Shown: piece after piece, positions 1 to 9,908 of the stretch
How the letters are laid out: each line of letters begins with the position of its first letter
Numbering within the stretch: the first letter of the stretch is position 1
Origin: Bacteroidota bacterium
Lineage (GTDB): Bacteria > Bacteroidota > Bacteroidia > Chitinophagales > Saprospiraceae
NCBI GenBank assembly: GCA_039819485.1
Contig: JBCBRY010000011.1
Coordinates: 37,449 to 101,448, forward strand
Length of the DNA stretch: 64,000 nt
Reading direction: 5' to 3'
The notes under the pieces: model-generated
What the model was told of the DNA's origin: nothing
What the model saw: only the letters and a program-made list of their open reading frames with translations
Database searches by the model: none
Translations under genes and position numbers: made by a program

Positions 1-1416
1 TCCGACCATGAACAAATGCAACTCTTTGGTGTCAGATAGAAAGAATGCTTCGTGCAAAGCATTCATCGCTTTGGCCTCGTCTTCTCTTTTGACCACAGAG
101 GAAATGTTCAGCTCTGAGGAACCTTGTGCAATGGCAATTACATTCACGCCATTTCGTCCAAGTGCCTGAAACATCCGGCCAGCAATTCCAGGCCGGAACC
201 GCATGTTTTCCCCAATGATGGCAACGACTGAAAGATCCGTTTCGGCCTTAATAGGATCAACGACCCCTTTTTCCATTTCATATTCAAATGCTTTCGCCAC
301 TGCCCGCTGTGCTTTCCGCGCATCTTTAGGGGCTACTGCAAAAGTGATCGAATGCTCGGAAGAGCCCTGGGTAATCAGGATGACACTGATCCCTGCATTT
401 GAAAGCGTACCGAACAAGCGGCCGGCAATTCCAGGGACCCCAAAAAGCCCACTTCCTTGTAAAGTGAGCAGAGCTATTTGATTGATGGAGGAAATGCCTT
501 TGACAGGTGTTCCGTTGACGTCCATTTTATCCGAAATGAACGTGCCCTTGAATTCAGGGTGGAAAGTATTCTTAATGTATAGAGGAATATTTTTCTTGAG
601 TGCCGGCTGTAAGGTTGGTGGATAAATGACCTTTGCGCCAAAATGAGACATTTCCATAGCTTCGGCATATGTCATATTCGGTATCGTAAATGCTTTTTTG
701 ACCTTTCGAGGATCGGCCGTGAGCACTCCGTTAACATCTGTCCAGATTTCTATGGAGTCGGCGTTGAGCCCTGCGGCGAGGATGGCGGCCGTGTAGTCGG
801 AACCACCCCGGCCAAGCGTCGTTGTGAGACCACCTTTAGAGGAAGAAATGAAGCCCGTCACGACTTGGACTTCCGGGTGTTTTTCAAAATGGTCTTCAAT
901 TTTTTCGTTTGTCAGATCGAAGAGCACTTTAGCGCTGCCAAACATTTTATCTGTCTTGATAATTTGCCGGGCATCCAGAAAGTTTGCAGGGATTCCGGCT
1001 TGCTGCATGACTTTAGAAATGATGAATGCGGAGTTGCGTTCGCCGAAGCTTAGTACATAGTCCATCGTTCTGGGAGATGCTTCCCTGACCAGGAAAATTC
1101 CATGCAGCAAGTTCTCCAGCACCTGGTGGTTTTTTATGGACTCTTCCAGTACCTGTTCTTTTAAAGGGCTAACCAACAGTTCGGCGATTGCCGCCTGGTG
1201 CCTTTGGCGAAAGGTCGCGAACGGTTCTTTGTATTTTTCATCACCTTTTGCTGCAAGTCTGCTCATTTCGATGAGGCTGTCCGTTACCCCTCCAAAGGCA
1301 GAAAATACAACTGTGAATTTTTCACCCCGTTTGTAATAGTTTTTCAGAATCTCGATCAGCCCTTTAATCCGTTCAGGGGTTCCAACGGAGCTACCACCAA
1401 ATTTTAAGACTTTCAT
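1..1416 (-). CDS. thrA: Bifunctional aspartokinase / homoserine dehydrogenase, N-terminal 472 codons; the gene continues past the left window edge
   Basis: Not in the ORF track because it has no stop in the window. My minus-strand translation from the ATG at 1416-1414 gives MKVLKFGGSSVGTPERIKG..., the aspartokinase N-terminus. The frame stays open to position 1 and ends ...DTKELHLFMVG, which looks like the start of the homoserine dehydrogenase Rossmann fold. Confidence 0.85.
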   Translation of the reverse strand, partial: MKVLKFGGSSVGTPERIKGLIEILKNYYKRGEKFTVVFSAFGGVTDSLIEMSRLAAKGDEKYKEPFATFRQRHQAAIAELLVSPLKEQVLEESIKNHQVLENLLHGIFLVREASPRTMDYVLSFGERNSAFIISKVMQQAGIPANFLDARQIIKTDKMFGSAKVLFDLTNEKIEDHFEKHPEVQVVTGFISSSKGGLTTTLGRGGSDYTAAILAAGLNADSIEIWTDVNGVLTADPRKVKKAFTIPNMTYAEAMEMSHFGAKVIYPPTLQPALKKNIPLYIKNTFHPEFKGTFISDKMDVNGTPVKGISSINQIALLTLQGSGLFGVPGIAGRLFGTLSNAGISVILITQGSSEHSITFAVAPKDARKAQRAVAKAFEYEMEKGVVDPIKAETDLSVVAIIGENMRFRPGIAGRMFQALGRNGVNVIAIAQGSSELNISSVVKREDEAKAMNALHEAFFLSDTKELHLFMVG

Positions 1417-1694
1417 TTTAGATCTCGGAAATTTTATAAGTGAAATTGATCCAATTGGATTTATCGACGGGCCTAAGTCAGGCTCAGCAAACCAATTAAA
1501 ATTAATTTTAATATTATTACTCTGAAAAAAGTGCCAAAAGTAGCAGGTTTTAAGAGAAATAGGGTTCTCTCCAAAGAAGCATTAAATATTCAGAAAATAA
1601 ACGGAAATTTCTTTTCGCCAAAAACAATCAAAAATTTGGAAGGGCTTTATTAATTATTGCGAATATTCGCTATAGTCGCTATATCTTTGTTTTT

Positions 1695-3179
1695 ATGAGT
1701 CAAAGATCACCGAACGAGCGAATCATATTCGGGCTAAAGCTCAAGCATCTTCGCCAAAAGAAAAAGCTGAGTTTCGAAAAATTATCTGACGCAACAGGTA
1801 TTTCTATTTCATATTTAAATGAAATTGAAAAAGGAAAAAAATACCCGAAAGAGGACAAGTTGGCCTCGATAGCAAATGCTTTTGGGATGGATATCAAGGA
1901 GCTGACTTCCTCAGAGCTTGGAAAAAACCTATCCCCTGTTTCGGATTTGCTTAGTTCTAATTTTTTGAATGAACTGCCGCTCAACCTCTTTGATATAGAA
2001 TTGGCAAAAGTGGTGGAGATCATTGCCAATGCCCCAACCAAGGTCGGTGCTTTTATTTCTACCTTGGTGGAGATTTCAAGAAACTATGCACTGGCTGAAG
2101 AGAATTTCTATTTTGGGGCACTCCGGTCCTACCTTGAGTTACACAACAATTATTTTGAAGAAATCGAAAAATCGGTCGTAACGTTTATTGCTAAGAACAA
2201 ACTGCCGGAAACCGGAATGACCGGCTCCGACCAACTGGCGAACTTGTTGGAGAAGAAATACGGCTATAAAATAATTGAGGATGGGTTGAAAGATTATCCG
2301 GAACTCTCGGAAATACGATCAGTATTTATTCCGAAAAATAAAAGACTGTTGCTCAACGGCCAATTGAACGAAATGCAAAAAGCATTTCAATTTGGGAAGG
2401 AACTGGGCTTCAAATACCTGGACCTGAAAGAGCGGGCCAACACGGCTTCGCTGCTCCGGGTCAATTCGTTTGAAGAAGTACTGAGCCATTTTAAGGCGGG
2501 TTATTTTTCGGCGGCACTCCTGATCGGAAGAGAAGCTTTTATTGAGGATATGGAAATGTTTTTTCAAAAAAAATATTGGGAAGGCAATTTTATATTGAAC
2601 CTGCTACAGAAGTACCAAGTTTCACAGGAAACACTGATCCAGAGGATGACAAATGTGCTTCCTCGGTTTTTTAATCTGGAAAACCTGTTCATGCTGCGCT
2701 TTATCCACACGCCGTCCACAGGAGTTTTTAAAATGGACAAAGAACTCCACCTAAACCGGAAACACAGGCCACATGGCAATGCGCTGTCCGAACACTATTG
2801 TCGCCGGTGGCAATCCATTTCCATATTGGACAATTTGGCTGAAATGCAGCGAACAGGAAGGTATACCGGCGCTTTGGTTGGTATCCAAAAATCTCAATAT
2901 TTTGGTGGAGCGGATGAATACCTGTGCTTTACACTGGCCAGACCCGCATACCCTTCTCCGGAAAAAAACGTGAGTATCACGATCGGTATTTTGATAGATG
3001 ATGTTCTTCGGGAAAAAATAAAATTCATTAACGACCCAGCCATAATTAAAAAGCAGGTAAATACGACATGTGAACGCTGCCCAATTGAAAATTGCCAGGA
3101 ACGCGCCGCTCCTCCGTTGATCGTAAACATGAAAAATAAAAGGAAGCAGGTAGAGGAGGCTTTAAAAAAGCTTGGTTGA
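1695..3179 (+). CDS. XRE-family HTH transcriptional regulator with a long C-terminal extension (ImmA/IrrE-like region, then a Cys-containing DUF2083-like end; ScfR/PrpR/RamB-type architecture)
   Basis: 494-aa ORF. The N-terminus (GLKLKHLRQKKKLSFEKLSDATGISISYLNEIEKGKKYP) is a typical XRE HTH. The C-terminus carries CERCPIENC. Length and layout match the short-chain acyl-CoA regulator family from memory. Confidence 0.65.
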   Translation: MSQRSPNERIIFGLKLKHLRQKKKLSFEKLSDATGISISYLNEIEKGKKYPKEDKLASIANAFGMDIKELTSSELGKNLSPVSDLLSSNFLNELPLNLFDIELAKVVEIIANAPTKVGAFISTLVEISRNYALAEENFYFGALRSYLELHNNYFEEIEKSVVTFIAKNKLPETGMTGSDQLANLLEKKYGYKIIEDGLKDYPELSEIRSVFIPKNKRLLLNGQLNEMQKAFQFGKELGFKYLDLKERANTASLLRVNSFEEVLSHFKAGYFSAALLIGREAFIEDMEMFFQKKYWEGNFILNLLQKYQVSQETLIQRMTNVLPRFFNLENLFMLRFIHTPSTGVFKMDKELHLNRKHRPHGNALSEHYCRRWQSISILDNLAEMQRTGRYTGALVGIQKSQYFGGADEYLCFTLARPAYPSPEKNVSITIGILIDDVLREKIKFINDPAIIKKQVNTTCERCPIENCQERAAPPLIVNMKNKRKQVEEALKKLG

Positions 3180-3466
3180 GTTCGCCCAATTGCATTTTGC
3201 AAATGTGCGGTTTGACCTTTTCAAAAGAAAAAATTTCAGGAATTCACAAAATTTAATAAGTTCACGCTTCAGTTTTACGAAACCTTAGTTTACCGTCCCT
3301 TTATTCCAGTTTGGATAACACCCATTCGCCCTTCTGCACCCCAGTAGGTGAGGTGGAGGCAGCACAGGACTCTTTGTATGGGCTGAAAGAAAACGGTCTG
3401 ACAAAAGGTTGATACACTAACCAATTTCATTCCCCGCGAGGGAGCAACAAAACCTAAAAGTATATT

Positions 3467-5596
3467 ATGGCTTACGACACTAAAAACATTCGAAACGTAG
3501 TTTTGCTCGGTCATCCGGGCTGTGGAAAAACGACTTTTGCCGAGACCATGCTTTTCGAAACAGGTGCCATCACGAGGAGGGGGTCTGTTCAAGAACAAAA
3601 TACTGTTTCCGATTTTACGGATCTGGAACGGGAAAGAGAAAACTCCATTTATGCAACATTGATGCACGATGACTGGAGGGGCAATAAAATTAATGTATTG
3701 GATACTCCGGGTTTTGATGATTTTGTCGGTGAGGTGGTTTCTTCTTTGAAAGTATCAGCAACTGCCCTGATGTTATTGAATGCCAAGAGCGGCGTGGAAG
3801 TAGGCACGGAGCTGCTTTGGGAATATGTTGAAAAATTTGAAACACCAGCCATTTTTGTCGTCAACCAATTGGATCATGAGAAAGCTGATTATGACGCAAC
3901 ATTCGATCAGGCAAAAGCAAGGTTTGGGAACAAGGTGCTTCCCATCCAGTACCCGTTAAATCCAGGAAATGGTTTCAATACCATCGTTGATGCATTGAGA
4001 ATGACCATGTACGTTTTTCCTGAAGAGGGAGGCAAACCAGAGAAAAAGCCGATCCCGGATTCTGAGAAAGACCGGGTAAACGCAATGCACAATGCCATCG
4101 TTGAGGCTGCGGCGGAAAATGAAGAAGAATTGATGGAACGTTATTTTGAGCACGGGACACTATCCGAAGAAGATTTAGCATATGGTCTGCGGGTCGCCAT
4201 GGCTAACCGCTCCATTTATCCACTTTTCTGTTGTTCTGCTATCAATAATATGGGCAGCGGCAGGATCATGGGTTTCTTGAATGATGTTTGCCCTTCACCA
4301 GCAGACAGACGCGAGCTGAAGCTGGAAGGCGGCGGCACACTGAAGTGCGATTCGGGCGGAGATACAACCATCTTCATTTTCAAAACGCAAAATGAACCAA
4401 GGGTTGGGAATATCTCTTATTTCAAAGTTTGTTCGGGCGTACTGAAATCAGGTGATGAATTGGTCAATTCCACTAATCGAAATTCAGAACGGTTTGGGCA
4501 ACTGTATATCACAAACGGTAAAAACAGAGAGCAGGTCAACGAATTGAGGGCAGGAGATTTAGGGTGTACAGTGAAATTAAAGAACTCTCATACCAATCAG
4601 ACCCTGAATAAAAAAGGGGTTGACAGGGCCATTGAGCCAATCGATTATCCAAATTCACGGATCGATGTGGCTGTAGAACCACCAAGTAAAAATGACATGG
4701 AGAAAATGATGAAGGCACTTTATGCCATCGGAGAGGAAGACCCAACGTTGGTGATCGAGCAGTCAAAGACACTCAAGCAAATTATCTTGAACGGGCAAGG
4801 GCAGCTACAGCTTGATTTGATTAAACACCGAATCAACACAGAACAGAAGATTGATATTAATTATATCCGCCCGAGGATCCCTTACCGGGAAACAATTACC
4901 AAAGAATCAAATGAGGCATACCGTCATAAAAAGCAATCAGGTGGTTCGGGTCAGTTTGCGGAAGTTCATATGCGTATCGAGCCCTATTCAGAAGGGATGC
5001 CGCCACCGAGTGGACTGACGGTAAGAAAAGAAGAAGTAGAAGATTTGCCATGGGGAGGAAAATTGGCCTTTTTGTGGTGTATCGTCGGGGGGTCGATTGA
5101 TTCCCGTTTTGCCAATGCTATTAAGAAAGGTGTTTTACAAAAGATGGAGGAAGGGCCGCTGACTGGATCAAACTGCCAGGACATCAGAGTCTGTATCTAT
5201 GATGGAAAAATGCACCCGGTTGATTCCAATGATATGGCATTTATGATTGCCAGTGTACAAGTGTTCAAGAATAACTTCACCAAAGCAAAGCCTCAATTAT
5301 TGGAGCCGATCTATGATGTGGAGATCCTTTGTTCCGACGATGTAATGGGTGATGTAATGGGCGATTTACAAACCAGAAGAGCACTCATTATGGGGATGGA
5401 TGCAGAAGGGCATTATCAAAAAATCATGGCAAAGGTTCCACTTTCTGAGTTGTACCAATACTCCTCTACCTTGCGTTCTATCTCTCAGGGACGTGCGAAA
5501 TTTTCCAGAAAATTCGCAGAGTATTCTTCGGTCCCTAATGATATCCAGCAAAAACTAATTGCTGAGTTTAAAGCCTCACAGGATGATGATGATTGA
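3467..5596 (+). CDS. Elongation factor G paralog (translational GTPase)
   Basis: 709 aa with G1 GHPGCGKTT, G3 DTPGFDDF and EF-G domain II-V-like sequence throughout. G4 reads NQLD (3863-3874) instead of NKxD. Confidence 0.85.
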   Translation: MAYDTKNIRNVVLLGHPGCGKTTFAETMLFETGAITRRGSVQEQNTVSDFTDLERERENSIYATLMHDDWRGNKINVLDTPGFDDFVGEVVSSLKVSATALMLLNAKSGVEVGTELLWEYVEKFETPAIFVVNQLDHEKADYDATFDQAKARFGNKVLPIQYPLNPGNGFNTIVDALRMTMYVFPEEGGKPEKKPIPDSEKDRVNAMHNAIVEAAAENEEELMERYFEHGTLSEEDLAYGLRVAMANRSIYPLFCCSAINNMGSGRIMGFLNDVCPSPADRRELKLEGGGTLKCDSGGDTTIFIFKTQNEPRVGNISYFKVCSGVLKSGDELVNSTNRNSERFGQLYITNGKNREQVNELRAGDLGCTVKLKNSHTNQTLNKKGVDRAIEPIDYPNSRIDVAVEPPSKNDMEKMMKALYAIGEEDPTLVIEQSKTLKQIILNGQGQLQLDLIKHRINTEQKIDINYIRPRIPYRETITKESNEAYRHKKQSGGSGQFAEVHMRIEPYSEGMPPPSGLTVRKEEVEDLPWGGKLAFLWCIVGGSIDSRFANAIKKGVLQKMEEGPLTGSNCQDIRVCIYDGKMHPVDSNDMAFMIASVQVFKNNFTKAKPQLLEPIYDVEILCSDDVMGDVMGDLQTRRALIMGMDAEGHYQKIMAKVPLSELYQYSSTLRSISQGRAKFSRKFAEYSSVPNDIQQKLIAEFKASQDDDD

Positions 5597-5633
5597 TTGA
5601 TCGAGATGGAATTATAACAGGAGGCGATCCATC

Positions 5634-5671
5634 AAAAAAGGGAAACAGTTTCATTACTGCTTCCCTTTTTT
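5634..5671. terminator. Bidirectional intrinsic terminator hairpin between the convergent EF-G paralog and OmpA-family genes
   Basis: AAAAAAGGGAAAC pairs with GCTTCCCTTTTTT (one mismatch). It has an A-run on the 5' side and a T-run on the 3' side. Confidence 0.6.
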
Positions 5672-5694
5672 GATTTTGATTTTTCAAATCAAAA

Positions 5695-6849
5695 TCACCC
5701 CCCAAGGCTAAGTATTTTGATTTCCACTCGTTGATTCTTTCTTCTGCCGGCCAAGGTAGAGTTGGAAACAAGCGGTTGCCGTTTGCCGTAGCCTTTGTAA
5801 TCAATCCGGTCTTTAGGTATTCCTTTTTCCGACAAGAAATCAGCGACAGCTTTTGCTCTACATGTGGAAAGTGAATCGCAATAATGGTGAGTAGGGGTAT
5901 TGTTGGTATGGCCTCCGATTTCAACTTTTACATCTGGATTCTCTGACAGAAACTCAAAAATTTCGTTCAATACCGGAAAGGAAGAAGGGGGAATGACAGC
6001 ACTGTCAGCGACAAAATTGAGCTGATCTATTTGTATAATGGTGCCCTGGACAATCTTGTCCCGGTCAAGTTCCTTTAATATTTTTTCTTCGGGTTCTTTG
6101 ATCGATGTATTTGGTACAGTGGGAACAGAAGGAGGGCTGGGAGGGATTGGTCTCGTTTCTTGTGGTTGTGGTTCCGGTTCAAAGGTTATGGTCTCCACTT
6201 CACAGGGTACTGGGAAGATCATACTGGCATTGTCCATCAGGATATTACCATTGTACGGAAAAGGAGAAGGTGTTTCATAAAAAGCTTCAAAAACGATGTA
6301 TTGGTAATCTCGCTTCGGCTCAAACCGAAATTCATTGACCAACCACCTACTATTGATCACCACATCGCTTTCATCAATTAGTTCTGCCCTTTCACAAATA
6401 CTGTTTCCTCCCCAGATCCGCAATTTAGCGGGTATCACAAAGTTGACCATTTTGGCATCGTTTCGAATCATGCTTTCATAGATCATGGATCGAGCTAATG
6501 AGATACTGAATTCATAGCACTTACCGGCTTTTATAGAGCCACTTAAGCGCTGGCTGACCATTTCCCAGGTTTCATTTTCTCTTACCACCAATCCAATGTA
6601 AGTGTTGCCATGGTGGGGTTCTGCCGTAACACCAAATTGGCTGTTTTCTTTTGGGTGAATATCAGGAATCGATTCAAGTGGAAAACCACAGTCAGTCCAA
6701 CCATAAGGCATTTGGCCATTGATGCTACCTTCCATAGGGATACCTTCAAAGGAAGGGTTTTTAAATGAAATCGGTTCGTCTTCCTGTGCGGAGACGGAAA
6801 TTACAGCTAAGCAACAAAGAAGCAAAAAGAAATATCGCAGGCTTCCCAT
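5695..6849 (-). CDS. OmpA-family protein: signal peptide, N-terminal beta-rich domain, Pro-rich linker, C-terminal OmpA/MotB peptidoglycan-binding domain
   Basis: Signal peptide MGSLRYFFLLLCCLAVISVSAQ; linker PEPQPQETRPIPPSPPSVPTVP. The C-terminus (VKVEIGGHTNN...RAKAVADFL...GYGKRQP...NQRVEIKIL) is OmpA-like. Confidence 0.8.
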   Translation of the reverse strand: MGSLRYFFLLLCCLAVISVSAQEDEPISFKNPSFEGIPMEGSINGQMPYGWTDCGFPLESIPDIHPKENSQFGVTAEPHHGNTYIGLVVRENETWEMVSQRLSGSIKAGKCYEFSISLARSMIYESMIRNDAKMVNFVIPAKLRIWGGNSICERAELIDESDVVINSRWLVNEFRFEPKRDYQYIVFEAFYETPSPFPYNGNILMDNASMIFPVPCEVETITFEPEPQPQETRPIPPSPPSVPTVPNTSIKEPEEKILKELDRDKIVQGTIIQIDQLNFVADSAVIPPSSFPVLNEIFEFLSENPDVKVEIGGHTNNTPTHHYCDSLSTCRAKAVADFLSEKGIPKDRIDYKGYGKRQPLVSNSTLAGRRKNQRVEIKILSLGG

Positions 6850-7027
6850 GTTTTATTTTTTGTGTTAAAAATACAGATTAAAGAATCTAACGTATTCGGA
6901 AGGACAATAGTTTGTACCCCGTGTTAGGGTTCTTATAAAAAACAAGTTTTTTTCAACAAAGATGCTTTTCGCCTTGCTACTATTAGATTCTCCCAATGAA
7001 CCAATTCCATATTTTGTCCGGGCATAA

Positions 7028-8248
7028 CTATTTAAAGGCATTGATGCCTGTTACGTCCATACCTGTGATCAGTAAATGAATGTCGTGCGTGCCTTCATAG
7101 GTCAGGACGGTTTCCAGGTTCATCATGTGTCGCATAATTGGGTATTCACTGGTGATCCCCATACCTCCCAATATCTGGCGGGCCTCCCTGGCAACGGTAA
7201 GTGCAGTATAAACATTGTTTCGTTTTGCCATTGAAATTTGCGAAGGGCTTGCTTTTCCTTCATTGGCAAGTGTCCCTAACCGCCAGGCCATCAATTGGGC
7301 TTTGGTCAATTCAGTAATCATTTCTGCCAGTTTCTTCTGGGTCAATTGAAACCCGCCGATCGGCCTGCCAAACTGAACCCGTTCCTTGGAATACCGCAAG
7401 GCTGTATCATAGCAATCCAGTCCGGCTCCAATGGCGCCCCAAGCTATTCCGTACCTTGCTTTTGACAAGCAGGAAAGAGGTCCTTTAAGGCCCACTACAT
7501 TTGGCAACACATTTTTCTTGGGAACGCGGACATCCTCAAAAATCAGTTCGCCTGTTATGGATGCCCTTAACGACCATTTGCCATGAATTTCAGGTGCAGA
7601 AAAACCTTTCATGTCTTTTTCAACAATCATCCCGATGATTTTACCCTCCTCATTTTTAGCCCAAACTACTGCAATATCGGCAACGGGCGAATTGGTGATC
7701 CACATTTTGGCGCCATTTAAAATGTAAGCATCGCCGTCATCTTTTACATTGGTGATCATGCCTGCCGGGTTAGAGCCGTGGTCGGGTTCGGTCAGGCCAA
7801 AACAACCAATATATTCTCCTGACGTCAATTTGGGTAAATAGTGACTTTTTTGCTCTTCACTACCAAAACGGTAAATCGGGTACATGACCAGTGATCCCTG
7901 CACGGATGCCATGGACCGCACGCCACTGTCACCTCTTTCCAATTCCTGCATGATGATTCCATAGGCAATTTCGTCCATGCCCCCACAGCCATATTCAGCG
8001 GGAAGGCTTGGGCCGAATGCCCCAATTTCTGCCAGGCCCTTGAAGAGGTGGTGAGGGCATTCTGCCTTCTCTGCATATTCCTCAATGATAGGGCTCACTT
8101 CAGCTTTTACCCAATCTCTTACGGCATTGCGGGCGAGCAAATGCTCTTCGCTCAATAACTCGTCAATGCCATAATAATCATGGTGTTGATATAGGTCCGT
8201 TTTTGCTTTTTTCTGTATGGAAGTCATGCCGTTAGATGTGTGTTGCAT
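7028..8248 (-). CDS. gcdH: Glutaryl-CoA dehydrogenase (acyl-CoA dehydrogenase family)
   Basis: 406 aa, collinear with GCDH as I remember it: SVQGSLVMYPIYRFGSEEQK, GCFGLTEPDHGSNP, WITNSP, RYGIAWGAIG, YEGTHDIHLLI. Confidence 0.85.
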   Translation of the reverse strand: MQHTSNGMTSIQKKAKTDLYQHHDYYGIDELLSEEHLLARNAVRDWVKAEVSPIIEEYAEKAECPHHLFKGLAEIGAFGPSLPAEYGCGGMDEIAYGIIMQELERGDSGVRSMASVQGSLVMYPIYRFGSEEQKSHYLPKLTSGEYIGCFGLTEPDHGSNPAGMITNVKDDGDAYILNGAKMWITNSPVADIAVVWAKNEEGKIIGMIVEKDMKGFSAPEIHGKWSLRASITGELIFEDVRVPKKNVLPNVVGLKGPLSCLSKARYGIAWGAIGAGLDCYDTALRYSKERVQFGRPIGGFQLTQKKLAEMITELTKAQLMAWRLGTLANEGKASPSQISMAKRNNVYTALTVAREARQILGGMGITSEYPIMRHMMNLETVLTYEGTHDIHLLITGMDVTGINAFK

Positions 8249-8426
8249 GGTGGTAATTTAGTTTATGTTATTTGATCAAGGAATGCAAAGCTACCCATAA
8301 TTAGTGTTATTACCATGTCGGTAAACATAGCAACTGTCTTGCCGCAAGTCACATAGAAGTAAACTTTTTCTACTTTTGATTTACAATTGAATTTATGAAA
8401 AATAAAAATTTTAACAACACGAATAA

Positions 8427-8942
8427 ATGGCAGTAATAGCATTGGAAGGTATGCGGTTTCGCGCAAATCACGGAGTTTACTGGGAAGAGCAAATCATCGG
8501 AGGGGATTACATCATAGATGTCTTTATCACCACCATGATATCCAAAGCATCGGTAGCGGATGATATTGATAAAACCATCAACTACGAGACTGTTTATCTG
8601 ATTTGTGAAGCAGCCATGAAAAAAAACTCCCGGCTCCTGGAAAACGTGGCTGATCGCATTGCAATGGATATTAAGTTTCAGTTTAGTTTCATCAAGGAAA
8701 TGAAAGTGAAAGTGAAAAAACTGAACCCGCCACTTGGTGGCCGGGTAGAGTCCGCATGGGTGGAGGTAGACGGATACTATTCAAAAAAATGTGCCCGGTG
8801 TTCCCGGCCTTTGATCTGTTATTCCGATAAATCATGTTGGTGCCACGGGACCAGGCTTTATCGCCAAACGTTGGAACAAATGAAAACTCATTATGGCAAT
8901 AATTGTCTCTGTGAAGAATGTCTCAAGTTCTTTTCAGCATGA
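8427..8942 (+). CDS. folB: Dihydroneopterin aldolase fused to a C-terminal cysteine-rich CWC-type domain
   Basis: Residues 1-~115 are FolB-like (LEGMRFRANHGVYWEEQIIGGDY...INYETVY). Residues ~120-171 read CARCSRPLICYSDKSCWCHG...NNCLCEECLKFF, the Cys_rich_CWC pattern. Confidence 0.75.
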   Translation: MAVIALEGMRFRANHGVYWEEQIIGGDYIIDVFITTMISKASVADDIDKTINYETVYLICEAAMKKNSRLLENVADRIAMDIKFQFSFIKEMKVKVKKLNPPLGGRVESAWVEVDGYYSKKCARCSRPLICYSDKSCWCHGTRLYRQTLEQMKTHYGNNCLCEECLKFFSA

Positions 8943-9123
8943 ATAATCTGTTGTTTGAAATCGAGAAACCAGGCAACGGAGGTGCGTTAATGGCTCGTTC
9001 ATTCGCTGCTTTCCAATTAATCCGACCTCAAAAGAAATAACGTTTCAATAAGTGTCTATTCTTGTTGGTTCCCGTCTATTTAAAGAATGAATCAACAAAA
9101 CCAATTTCACCAAAAAAATAATT

Positions 9124-9828
9124 ATGAAAAAATTTCTTTTTGTATTCCTTTGTTTTCAACTGGCCGCTTGTGATCCCGCTGCTTTGCAGAGAACCCTCGA
9201 AACGCTCGGTGCAGGAGAACTCACAACGGCTGAAATTTCCTCCGGACTGAAGCAAGCACTCGAAATCGGTATCGGGAAAGGCTCAGACTTATTGTCAAAA
9301 AAAGACGGTTATTATAAAAGTGCCTATAAAATATTGTTGCCGCCGGAAGCAAGAAAAATAACGGAAAAATTGAACGGGATTCCCGGGTTTAGCAATGTGG
9401 AAGAAATAATCTTAGAAAAATTAAACCGGGGAGCGGAAGATGCTGCCCAAAGGGCCAAACCCATATTTGTGAGCGCCATCCGGCAAATGTCTTTTGCCGA
9501 TGCCATGGATATCCTGATGGGTGAAAAAAATGCTGCGACTTCATATTTGAACCGAACCACTAACCAGCAGTTGTACAATGAATTCAACCCGGTGATCGTC
9601 AATTCGCTGGACAAATTCGGCGCTCGTAAATATTGGCAGGATGCTGTGAACGCCTACAATAAAATTCCCTTTGTCCAGAAAGCCAACCCAGACTTGGACG
9701 ACTACGTGACTACTGAAGCGTTGAAGGGGCTCTTTTCAATGGTGGAAAAAGAAGAACTGAATATCAGGGAAAATGTGACCGCCAGGACAACGGACTTATT
9801 GCGGAAAGTTTTTGCGAAGCAAGACTAA
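9124..9828 (+). CDS. DUF4197-family lipoprotein
   Basis: Lipoprotein-type signal MKKFLFVFLCFQLAAC. LTTAEISSGLKQALEIG...ILLPPEA resembles DUF4197 proteins from memory. Confidence 0.55.
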   Translation: MKKFLFVFLCFQLAACDPAALQRTLETLGAGELTTAEISSGLKQALEIGIGKGSDLLSKKDGYYKSAYKILLPPEARKITEKLNGIPGFSNVEEIILEKLNRGAEDAAQRAKPIFVSAIRQMSFADAMDILMGEKNAATSYLNRTTNQQLYNEFNPVIVNSLDKFGARKYWQDAVNAYNKIPFVQKANPDLDDYVTTEALKGLFSMVEKEELNIRENVTARTTDLLRKVFAKQD

Positions 9829-9834
9829 TTATTT

Positions 9835-9908
9835 AATGAAGAATGGAGAATTAGCTTAGCATTCTCCATTCTTCATTCTTCATTCTTCATTCTTCATTCT
9901 TCATTCTC
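9835..9908. repeat. Word-repeat hairpin (17-bp perfect stem) running into a (CATTCTT)n tandem tract
   Basis: AATGAAGAATGGAGAAT (9835-9851) is the exact reverse complement of ATTCTCCATTCTTCATT (9861-9877). CATTCTT then repeats about 6 times from 9867 to 9908. It lies between convergent genes, and the last unit contains the tatA stop codon. Confidence 0.9.

Noticed and set aside
3290-3667. 125-aa minus-strand ORF across the EF-G paralog start
   Set aside because: It overlaps the G1 motif region of the EF-G paralog in antisense and shows no motifs.
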